Source: Nageia nagi
Lineage: Eukaryota > Plantae > Pinophyta
NCBI GenBank assembly: GCA_050084985.1
Contig: JBITNC010000001.1
Coordinates: 113,398,001-113,462,000 of the forward strand
Direction: 5' to 3'
Length of the DNA: 64,000 nucleotides
Shown here: piece after piece, positions 1 through 11,157 of the stretch
How the letters are laid out: every line of letters begins with the position of its first letter
Position numbering within the stretch: position 1 is the stretch's first letter
Program-made: the position numbers and the translations under genes
The notes under the pieces: generated by a model
The model's input: the letters and a program-made list of their open reading frames with translations, nothing else
Database searches by the model: none
Told to the model about the DNA's origin: nothing

Positions 1-3000
1 TGACATCATTTGAGATCCATTCACCATGTGTAGGACTTCATCTAGGGAAGGCAATGGATAGTTATCCTTCTCTAAATCCTAATTAAAATATTTGATGTCT
101 ATGCATAATCTTATTTTACTGGACTTCTTTCTCATCAAGATAATAATGGCAACTCAAGTCAAGTGCCTTACAAGAAAAAAATCCCCAATTGAACCAAATT
201 CTAAATTTGTTGAAGGATCATTGGTTCTAGCAAAGGATTCAACATCCTTTATTTTTTTTGAAAAGGATTCATCCCTACCTTGAGAGGAATTGTATGAGTG
301 ATTATCATGAGATTATAAGTTTTCAACTGGTCATATGTCTAAGAAATCACATAGATATACTCTTGATATACTTTTATGATTTCCCTTTTTAAATGTCCCA
401 TACAAGATTTCTTGAGAAGGATATACTTTGGTTTTGTTCTATCCCTAGGCTGATTTTCTCTATTTCCTCTACATTGATGTGTTCCTTAGGTCTATTCTCT
501 GGATCACATCCTAATCAAATAATATCTCCAACTCAATAAATCCTCTCATGAGTTTGTTGGTCTTAAGATGAAGGTAACCATCAACATATTCATCTTATTT
601 GCCTAACTAATCATCAAAATATGGTTGCTCTTGTTCTTATTTGATATGCTGGGAGGTGAAGATCTTTTGGCTAGCCATGAAGGCCTTTATGTATTAGCCA
701 TTATCAAACACCTGAATTGCATCAATGTTATATGGCACAATGGGGGTATACAACATTTGGATGTTGAATTTCTTCACCTTAGTCCCTTCCACTAGTTGGA
801 AAGTACTTGCAACCACTGCTAATGAATCTGCTACCATGTTGTCCTTCCTTAGAATAGTACTAATGTTAAAGGCATTAAAGCCTTCTATAAAAATCCACAC
901 CCATAACTAGTATTGAATCAAATGAGTGTATTTGCATTCATATTCATTCCTAACTTACCTCACTACCAATTCCAATTCTCTGATGATAATCAGATTTTCC
1001 ACTCCTTTGGCTACTACCATCTTGATCCCTTGGATCAGAGCCTCATACTCTTTCATGTAGCAAGTGTAGGGGAACACCAATATGAAAGAGGCTTGGTACT
1101 TCTTCTTCTTAGGATTCTGCAACTCAATCCCTACTCCATCCCCCATTTTAGATTTGGACCCATCAAATCTAAGAGTCAAACATTCTTTTTCTAATTTCTT
1201 TCTTTGAGAGGTAGAGGTCGAGCTAGTGCTACTATCATCACTAGGAGGGAAGGAGAAACATTTAGACAATAGACTCCCAGATCTTCTTCTACCATGGATA
1301 CTAAATTGGTTCTATTGTACTTGATGATAGGATTCACTAGATATGGCTCACTTAGAACCTTAATTTGATTTGACACCCCCTTATAGGGGAGCCAAAAATA
1401 TTTGAAAATAGTAGACTAGTAGCCATTTAAAGTGCTTGACTAGTTACAACTGAGTAACAGATCATACTTCATTAGGATATTCATAACCTAGACATCAATG
1501 TATCCTATGATACAGGGCTCTAAAGTAATTTATATTCTCAAGTTATGTATCATTCCCATGAATTTTACCGATGTTTCATCCAACTGAGTGATCCCTTGTG
1601 GGCTCTTAGTGATAGGTAATTTCTAGGCTTAGCAAATCTTGAGAGGTATAATATTGGCACATGCCCCTAATTCCATCATACAGTTATGTAGATTCTTCAT
1701 GGCCACCCTCATAGTGAGTAAGAATGGTGGTATTGATCTATTACTTGTGTGTGTTTGGGCCTTATTGAGCCCCATCTAGATCTATGCAAGGGTAGGTTCT
1801 TCATATGCATTCATGAGAACCATTGGAGTAATGTTTGATGTGCCTTATTTTAGCTTCCTTGCACTAACCCCATTGATGTAATTCAAGATCCATTCTTGCA
1901 CATGGTCAATCTCCATAGCCTTGAGGAAGGTGATATTAGCTTTAGTATTCCTCATTACCTCAATTATGTCATAAGAAAAATCTTATAACTCATCATTGAG
2001 AAAAGTTATTTTCTTTCCTTTCATCACATCTTTGTCTTGTTGTGCAGGTACCTTTTCTTGCTAGAGAGCTATCCTCTTTGGTTGGGGTTGAGCATTTTTG
2101 AAATGAGGAATTAGACTAGGTAGAGGTGGGTTATTATGTGAAACTAGATCTGATGGCACTTGCAAATTATTTGTAGGAATCAATTCTATCAAAGGTTCTC
2201 TTCTCCAAAAAGTATTCCCAAAACTTCTAGGATTCTCAAGTGTAGCATATATGGATTCTAAAGCTACATATTCGGGTTTAGGTAGATCATCTAATTTTGG
2301 CTCCCAATTGTTCCTAGCATGATAGAACTCAAACATCAAGGTCTCATCTTACTTGGTAGAGTTACTTAGCTCATTGCTCGGATAAGATTCAAAGTAATGT
2401 TGCTTTTCTTATTGGATGATGTTCACCATAATGAGGTACTCCAAACACGTGGGTTTAGGATGTGGCATGTTGTGAATTCTATACTAGGTAAGGAGCAGGA
2501 TCATCGCCATATCAAAGGCATTAACTTGGGGTTGATTCTTATCATTTACCAATTGGTTGGGTACATTATCTATGCCATTATTAGGGTTGGTATTCCATGT
2601 TTTGTTTGTCCTAGGATAATTAGGATTACATTATCTTTTGTTGCCTTGCACCTAATTTTTGTTGAACCCTACATTGGGCTATGAAGGACCCATATTTACC
2701 AATTTATTTAGTAGGTTTCTAGTGTTTTCTTGCTCTTTTTCTCTTTTTTTTTTCCATCTCTTTCTCCCTTTTTGATCAATTCCTACTCCCTCTTGGAGAG
2801 CTCTTAGTCTGGCTTTGAAATTCTATGGTTCCCTAGCAAGTTTCCCCAAGAGTTTGCATAATAGACTATTTAAATCCCCTTAGCTTGATGATAGTTGTAG
2901 GATATTTGGATAATTAGGTTATGTTACTCATCCTATGAATTGGACTATGAGCTCATATTCTAATGGAGTAGGTTGTGAAGGGGTAGTGGGAACAATAGCA

Positions 3001-5275
3001 TTGGAGGTGGTGGGCAAGGAATGAGAAGTATATGAAAGAGCCAAGGGGTTTAGTTGGACTACATTTATTATCATGGGGATATTGGATAGTTAAGGGGAAA
3101 TGGTATTTGGGAGACTAGGTTACACTAGAGACTATGAATTATTTAGGTTTAGGTTTCCTATTAGATGCATTAGGTCCATGGCCTTTTTTTCCTTAATTTT
3201 CTATTTAAGTTTCTTCTCCATGATGGATGTAGTAGTATAGGTTTGTTGTAAGGTTCTAATGCCTACTCCTTTCCATAAGAAGGCTGTTATGAAGGGGTAA
3301 AGTACTCTAAAATATATCTATACTACAAATTCCTAGCTTACTATGTGTGGTTTGGTAATCTTGGATTAGGCTTTTTGAAATCGATCATTGAAGTTTCTCA
3401 TGGGCTCATGAGTAAACTTCTTCATGTGGATGAATTGCTCAATAAGAATGTTAGGATCTATGGTTACCTGAAACCTTTGTAAGAAATCTTCTTTTAACTG
3501 ATCCCATGTGGTAATGGACCTAGGTATTAGACTAATATACTAGTCTCTTTCCTGACCTTGTAGAGTGTAAGGTAACAATCTACCATCCACATACTCATGC
3601 TCAACATGTAATCAGGTGAGAGCATCAATGTAGTACTAGATGCGATCTTCTATTGATGTGATACTATTAGGATCATACTTTGGAATATGATTCTCATAAT
3701 TGCATGGTAGCTCATGTTGTTCACCAATAATGTTGATAGGTCTTGTTTTCAACCATCTTGGGGGTGCCTCTTCTTCTTCCATATCAGTTTCTTCTTATAT
3801 AATGAAAGGTAAAACTATATGAATGGAATTTTCTCTTTATGGTTGAGATACTTCTAGTTTGACACTCAATTGCATAGGATGCAAGAATGGAATCAAGTAC
3901 TTAGGACTAGTGAAGGATGTGTCAGACAAGGTGGATGTGGAAGTGTCTCCTAGAACTCAAAGATGACTTTCATTAGACTCTTTGAAGGATGACTCATATC
4001 TAGATTTATGTTGATCCTTTCTAGGCCTCAAGTTATAACCAATTGGGCCTTTCTTAGTTCCTAGATTGGCAAGGTGTAACAAAGAAATAACACTAGCTTA
4101 AACAAAAATACAAGTTCAAGCCCTCCTTCTAACACCAATCAATGTTGGGTGGTTTTTTTTCCTACCCTAGAGTAGTGAGAAAAATTCCAACACCTCAGGT
4201 GAAAATATGTTACTCCCTCCCATTATGGGGACTAGTTACCCTAAAGGTTAGCTTCATAACTTGAGCAAAGATAACTTAGGGAATGGTTGAGATGTTTAAA
4301 GCTACCACTAACATGAATATCATGTGTGGATTCAAGGTACTTTGAGTTTTATGTTTGGGTTTGGCCTAAGTTATTTCTAAAAATGATAAAAAGGGAAATT
4401 AGGGTGCAAAAATCATAAAAAAGTGTAAAATAAAATAAAGAAAAAAGTGGTGGAGAGATCATGGGTAGTAAGATACAATGGTAGACATGCAAACTCACTA
4501 GCTTGAGATAATATCCTTGAAATTCAACTCACTAGGTCTTGTTGCAGATTCTAAGCACCCTTTATTCACTCCATTAGCCAACGACATGAATGGCTTAGTG
4601 GATGGAGTGTGAAGCCATGGTAAGGATGAAGTATGGTGGGAAGGAGATATGATTGAAGGACCTAGGTAAAGTTCCTATAGTGAGTGACATTAGTGATACA
4701 TTTCAAGGTATCCAAGCCTAAATTGCAAATGGTAAAATATCATCAATCAGATGCCAATCAATCACTTCATAATATATACAAGCACTCTTTTATCCACTTT
4801 AGGGAAATTTACAAGATGCACCAAGCAATTGAATCAACATAAAGCAATGATAGAATGAACTAGATAGCACTATCACTCATTCAATCATATTCACCATTCC
4901 AACACGAGTAAGCATCTAAATCACAATTGCATTAACATACACCATATTTAACAATTTAAAGAAATTTTGGTCTTGCAAGAAAAAGTTTCTTGAATTGGTA
5001 AAATTGTCCATCCTCTTGAAAATGAACCAAAATTGGGTATAAATAGTTTTGGGAAAACCAATAGTGTTTCCCTAACCCTAATCAAGAAATGAAGTGCAGT
5101 CCAATAGAAATATGCCACTTGGAATTACAAAATCTCTTCCAAACTTATGGTAGCAAATCCTCATCCTTCACAAGTTTGGGAATAAAATAATATTTTGAAA
5201 TTTCTTACTAAAAATAAAACTTTTTAAAAAATAAACTAAAATAATGTTTATGCCAATGGTAGGCCCATTCCTACA
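1..5275 (-). mobile_element. Degenerate Ty3/Gypsy Tat-type LTR retrotransposon, 5' part (runs off the window)
   Basis: Candidate 5' LTR 4143-~5275 (TG..CA) and PBS-like TGGTGTTAGAAGGAGGGG next to it. Decayed gag ~3300-3800, protease ~1500-1730 (NCMMELGACANIIP), RNase H ~700-1190 (LRFDGSKS...EYEALIQG...ADSLA). Many stops and frameshifts. Confidence 0.8.
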
Positions 5276-5766
5276 ACTTGATTATCGAAGCTTTCCTTCA
5301 AGAATCTTACTGTAAGTTCTAATCCATGTAGCATATCTTAAAACTTCAACTTGCTTACAATAATATTATCTTTTACCTCATCGATCAGCCTCTACATCTT
5401 TATCTTCCATGTGTGGGTTCCCAACGCATGCCTCAAGTGACTTCCTATGATGCCCTCCTTCACTCCTTGATCGCTTGTGCAAGCCCACCTAAGCAATGTG
5501 ATAAGTTCTAGAATTCAAATTTTATCTTCTACCTTAGAATCTAGTGTAAAAGATGAAGAGGAGTTAAATTTGAATTTGGGAAAAATGAGCTTGTAAGCTT
5601 GTATTTATAGGCATTTTTAGGTTTCCAAGCAACCCTAGTCAACTAGGCAAGGGAGGAATTGATCTTAGCCATTCGAATGGTTGACCTCAAGATGCATGCA
5701 TAATTAATTTTTGCTCCCAAGCCATTGGAGACTAGACATGGGGGATTTGGGGCTCCTTTAGGGCTA

Positions 5767-6731
5767 GTGCATGCCCAAAAAACATAATATTTTATCTTCC
5801 TAGGGTATGCACTCATCATGGGGGTGCTTTCTCACTATTTTCCATATTCTCATGCTCCCAACTCATCTATCTTAGCCCTTCATGATCAAGATATGACTTG
5901 AATTTGTCCATTTTCACTTCTCTTAATGTCCTAGCTTGCCAATTTTTCCCAATGAACTGACCTAGAACACCATCTAGGCCTAGCACATGATTTCAAAAGA
6001 TAAGATTTTATCTTTTCAAAATGTGCACCCAACTCTTTGGTTCTTCTAGTTTAGATGCATGATCCATAAAGTTAAGATTTTATCTTTCTAAGGTATGCAT
6101 TGGGTTTCAAATGGCCAAAATTGCTTCATTTTGGTTTTTTGTTCCTAGGACTTAGTTGATTCTTCATGTTTTCTTATCATGATGTATTCCCAAGCTTGGT
6201 GCATACTCCCAAAAGTTAAAAATTTATCTTTTTGAGGCATGCACCATCCCCTCTAGTCTTACTGGAGCTGGATTCAGGCTTCGAGGCTCCATGCCTTAGC
6301 CAAATTTCACACTTCAATCTAATTGGATGCCTTCTTGCCCCTAGTGCATGCTCCCAAAAGATAAAATTTTATATTTTTGAGGCATGTACCAACCTTCTGG
6401 GTGGGTGTGCTTTGATCCTTTATCTTCCAAACTCATCTTGGCAACCTCTTGGCTTAGGTACATGCTTCCAAAATTAAAAAAATTATCTTTTTGAGGCATG
6501 CACCAACCTTGAGATATCTCATGCTAGCTCTTTTCATCTTTCATTCTATCCTAGGTGCCTCTACGAGCCTAGTTTATATCCTAGAAAGATAAAATTTTAT
6601 CTATTCATGGCATGCATTGGGTCTGGGACTAACCTAGTTCAACTTTTTGAACTTGAACTCCAGATCGAGCTTCCTCCTGGACTGAGTACATGTCCTAAAG
6701 AGAAAACATTTTATATTCTTGCAGCATGCAC
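5767..6731. repeat. Array of eight 46-bp imperfect palindromes with variable spacers
   Basis: Copies start at 5767, 5983, 6055, 6199, 6344, 6458, 6572 and 6686. Consensus ~GTGCATGCTCCCAAAAGATAAAATTTTATCTTTTTGAGGCATGCAC. Confidence 0.9.
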
Positions 6732-7172
6732 CAAGCCTAGGAGTGGCCCAAACTTGCTTAGTTTGGTTTAGACTAGACATAAGTTCTCTAGTTTCACCCA
6801 AATTCAACCTAAATTTTCTAGACTTAGCCATTTTTGAGGATTATAGCTTTCATCATGACATGAACAAGATTGGGCAGTTGGGCAGTTGAATACATTTAGG
6901 TGATGGGAAGATAGATGTGTTTTCTAGTCAGGCAAAGATAGGGAGGGATAGTAAAAAAATGGTGTCACTTGAGTGTGAGTTGCAAAGGGTCCCAAAATTA
7001 CGAGATTTTGGGATGGGTTATGTAGGGCACAACACATTCAAGCCCCACCAATGTACAAAATAAGAGGTGAGGAACTGACTTAGAATGTCATCCTAGACTT
7101 GGACTACGTAGAAGAAAGAGAGGATGTAGAGCCAAAACCATCCCACCCTGAGTATATAAGACCAAAACATAG

Positions 7173-7860
7173 GTCCCCACCATAAAAGATTTCATCTCCA
7201 CTAACAAGTTGTCAAGAGTAGAACCATTAAGAGATTGAGACAAAGGAGAATCAACATAAAATAGGACTTCAATCTCTAAGGGATTCAAGGATAAATACTC
7301 AGGATGATACTTCTCCCCCACATATAGGAAAAGATTTACAACAAGGGAAAGCTTCCACCCATGCTAGAGAGGCAAGAATGCTCCACACTAACAATTGTGG
7401 CTCCAAATTCTTGGTAAAAGACCAAATCATTACACCCTTTATATTCACCTACACCAAGAGCCACTAGAGAGAATCGTTGTTGGATCGATGAGCCTACAAA
7501 AGAGGTAGTCTCCACCATAAAATAGTCCATCCCCACCATTAAATTGCCAAGAGTGGAAACACTCAATGTCAAAGACAAAGGAGAATCAATACAAAATTGG
7601 TATCCAATCTCTAAGGGAAAGAAGCATGAATCTAGGGAGAAATCTTGAGTATGATACTCCCACCCTACAAATAGGGAAAATCTTCGATAAAGGACATGTT
7701 CCTAAGAACACTAGAGAAGTAAGAATGCTCCACACTTATGACCACAACTCCAACTTCTTGGAAAGTGACTAAATAATGCAATCTTCGAAGTCTCTTGCAC
7801 CATGAACCATCAAAGAGAACCTATTCAAGGTTGATGAGCCCACATCTCCCACTATAAGAG
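7173..7860. repeat. Diverged tandem duplication, ~340-bp unit, two copies
   Basis: GACAAAGGAGAATCAA, CAATCTCTAAGGGA, AAGAATGCTCCACACT and GATGAGCC(T/C)ACA each recur ~335-350 bp apart. Confidence 0.75.
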
Positions 7861-8269
7861 CTTTAAAAAAGATAGGGAGGTTAACAACAAGAGGTATGCC
7901 CTCCAAGTTAACCATCGAGAAACTCTAAATGATAACATGAGAGCTTACAGTACTCTATAGATCAAAATCATCCAAACTTGTTGAGCCCAATCCACCACCA
8001 CTTCCAAAGCCAACCTTACTACCATCCCTAAACCCATTATGTCCTCCTCCTCTTAACACCTTCCTAGAGTGAGTCACCCCAAACCTTAGAGAAGCATGAG
8101 GAAGCGAAGCATAGCATAAAAAATAACAAATATAATACCCAATGAATGGAAAAAGAGCAAAATAAGTTATGTTCAATAATATGTATTATGTTAAATTAAT
8201 TAAATTATACAATTTATTATCAGAATGAAAAAGATATGTAAATGTAAAAATAAATATATATAAAGTAAA

Positions 8270-8520
8270 GGTTCTAGAGTGAAAGATGGTATCTATTTAG
8301 TGATGTTTTCTTAACTTGATGTTAACCTTTGAACCTTGGTTCTTGATTCCTCCTTAGGTATACATGTGCCCTGAAATAAGGAAATCAAATATTAAAACCA
8401 CCTAGATTGATGGGTAGATTTCAAGGGATTTATCTTAATAAGTGTATCCCTTGATAAGCTATTAGATCCTAAGTTCTTTATCTAAGTGATTGAAATAAAA
8501 AGTAAAAAATAAAAATACAT
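8270..8520 (+). mobile_element. Possible SINE-like insertion
   Basis: B-box-like GGTTCTTGATTCC (~8338), A-rich 3' end, and similar AAAAATAAA..TA(T/C)AT flanks. Weak. Confidence 0.25.
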
Positions 8521-8871
8521 TAATAATAGTTTGACTTGATATGAGATGCATAATTATGCAAGGGTTGTTACAAAAAGTGTTGTGGTGATTCAAGAATATG
8601 TTATGACATTCTTTTGGTAAGTTGCAATGATCTTAAGGAACATTGCAACAATTTTTATGGGGTATGTGGTTGATCATAATTTTTGTGATATTTAGACAGG
8701 AAGATAAATGACCAATATGTTTACTAAGTACATTGAAGCTAGAGGCATGTGATAGAGTTGCTAACAAGATGATAAGGATGGAAAAGAAAGGTTGTTTAAT
8801 TGTGTGATCTCTTATTTATTATTCCATCTACATTGTATCCAAATGAGACATCTTTTGATAACATGCTCATA

Positions 8872-8980
8872 AAAAAGAGATCCAATTTAGAGATGCTTTT
8901 TAACTTCTCATGTAAAAGAGATCCAAGTTAGAGATGCTTTTTATAACTTGCTTATATAAAAGAAATCCAAGTTATAAATT
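8872..8980. repeat. Short tandem repeat, ~43-bp unit, about 2.5 copies
   Basis: AAAAGAGATCCAA(T/G)TTAGAGATGCTTTT..AACTT repeated. Confidence 0.75.
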
Positions 8981-9864
8981 TTCCTTTTAAGAGAGTTATC
9001 CCATTGATTAAAAAAACTTGATATGAATTGTGGAAGTTAGAATAATTATATTGAAATGATAAAAAAAAAGGCCCATTAACTAAGTTTAATAACTAAAATA
9101 TTGCAATAGCATCTTATTTTATAAACATCTTCAAAGTTATTTATACATTCTCCTATGTTTGTTCAAGATGGATCCACATTTATTCATTATTACTCAAATT
9201 CTACAAGAATTTAAATTTAAGAACATATGATTGAAATTTGAAATCCATAAAATTATTAAGCTAAAATCAAATCCATAAAATCATAATTATCTTGATATTT
9301 AATCTTGATATAATTTTTAATAAATTATTTTATAATAATTTCTATTATTTATTTTATGGATTCTGATTTAATAACATTTGATTTTGATTAGAAATAATCA
9401 AATTCTACAATAATCGTTTTACATCAATTTAAATTTGATAATATTAATATTCTAGATATAATTTTTAATGAATTATTTTAATAAAATTATTATTATTTAA
9501 TTTATGAAATAAAAGATGAAATCAAGTCTGTATAGTTATTATTCTTGTTGTTTATTTTAATAATGTATTAAAATCAATAAAATAATTCTTAATCCATAAA
9601 TAAATATCATCAATATAAATAATTTTTAATAATCCATAAATAAATAACAATAATACCTTCTACATCAATCAAATTCAATAACATTTACTGTTCCTTATTC
9701 ACCTTAATTAAAAGGTATTATTATCCTAACATTTTTCTAACTAGTCATTTTTCACATTACAGAGTTATCATGTTACAATACTTTGCTATGCGTATGTTTA
9801 ATTCATAATCCAATGATATCTTCAATTTAAATACACGATCTTAAATTCATAATTCATTGAATCT

Positions 9865-9959
9865 AAACTAGAGGACTCTACTTGATCAAGTGTCACATAA
9901 TAATTAGTTTTTAAAACTAATTATTATGTGACACTTGATCAAGTAGAGTCCTCTAGTTT
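9865..9959. repeat. Perfect inverted repeat, 47-bp arms, 1-nt centre
   Basis: 9865-9911 is the exact reverse complement of 9913-9959. Confidence 0.97.
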
Positions 9960-11076
9960 TTTTTAGATAGTCCTAATTTTCAATCTTTCCAAGCTTTTTC
10001 TTTGGCATGTCAATTTAGATAATTTTTTTCTGTTTTACTTTTCTTGAAGAATTTTGTTGAAATAGGCACACGCATAGAAACAAAGCCACCCACCGAGATA
10101 ATGAAATCAAAAAGCAAAAGTGGACTTTAAACAAACACCCACAATTAGAATTTATACTATAATATTGTCTATAGTGAAATATACTTTCAGATCAATCTTT
10201 CTTTATAACGTAACTTGCTTGGCATGGCCTCATTGAATTGAGGTCTCGATCTATTTTGACTTATTTGGAATGCATAGATGGATAAAGTCTTTCTAGCTTA
10301 TTAAGTTATAACAAAAGACAAAGTGACTATTAGGCCTTCTATATTATTAGAAAAGTACAAATATGTCCTTATCACCTTTTGTAAGAATCAATATCTACTC
10401 TTTAATGCTTGCATTGAATGCTCTCAATAGAACATTAAATAAATAACAAGCGGGGGTGTTGTCATAGGCTGTAATGACATAAGTCCAGCCAAACAAATCT
10501 TTAAAACCTTATGACAAGACAAAAGGTGATGAACTTTTTTTTTTTGGCTTTTTATGCTCGATTCTTATGAAGAGTGCAAAGAAAACTTTACATTCTCCAC
10601 TATAGACCAAGCTCAATTCCTTAAATATATATGGCTTTGAGATTCGGTGAACCAAATGGGTCTCATTCTGCAACAACACTAAACTCCAATATAGATAATT
10701 TACATAAAAGATCCAAAACAAAAATCCCACTTCGAAGCCTAAGGGGACCAGAGCAGTCATCTAAATCCCATGTTAGTCCCCTGTCCTACTAAATCAAACA
10801 GTGATAATGGGTATCCATCCCCATCACAAAAAAATTAGATGAGAATAACCTCGTACCTCTAACTCTCTCACAGTGGGAATCTAATTCAGATATACAATTC
10901 ATTGATCAAAACAGAGATGTGGCCTCGTAAAACTAGCATGCATTGGGATAAGCCAAGGCATGCAACCCCGTTTGGAATCAACATTTCTTCAAGAACTTGT
11001 GCTTGTAAATGTATCATATGATTCTACAAATTTAGACTCGTATATATTTCATAAATATAATTGCAACAGGAGCAGT

Positions 11077-11157
11077 TCAACTTTTATAGGCAATGTACTC
11101 CACTGCTTCTTTGACATCGCCAATGCTTGCTCTTTTGCCACCAAAGGAGTCACGAAT
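11077..11157 (-). CDS. bHLH exon 8 (terminal)
   Basis: ctgcag|[29 protein letters not shown]; resembles the TT8/AN1 C-terminus (KKASIxEVKxAI). Not in the ORF track. Confidence 0.85.
   Translation of the reverse strand: MRDSFGGKRASIGDVKEAVEYIAYKS

Larger units (their letters stand above)
5276..8110 (-). mobile_element. Second Gypsy-like remnant: 3' internal region (7035-~8110) and 3' LTR (7034->5276, cut by the element to its left)
   Basis: Minus-strand PPT-like GTGGGGCTTGAATG directly precedes TGTTGTG at 7034. Minus-strand TATAAAT at 5609-5603. The internal region holds ~340-bp diverged tandem units. Confidence 0.55.

Noticed and set aside
5767-6731. CRISPR array call
   Set aside because: Eukaryotic LTR context, degenerate repeats, irregular 26-170 bp spacers and no cas genes. 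Reported as a repeat array instead.
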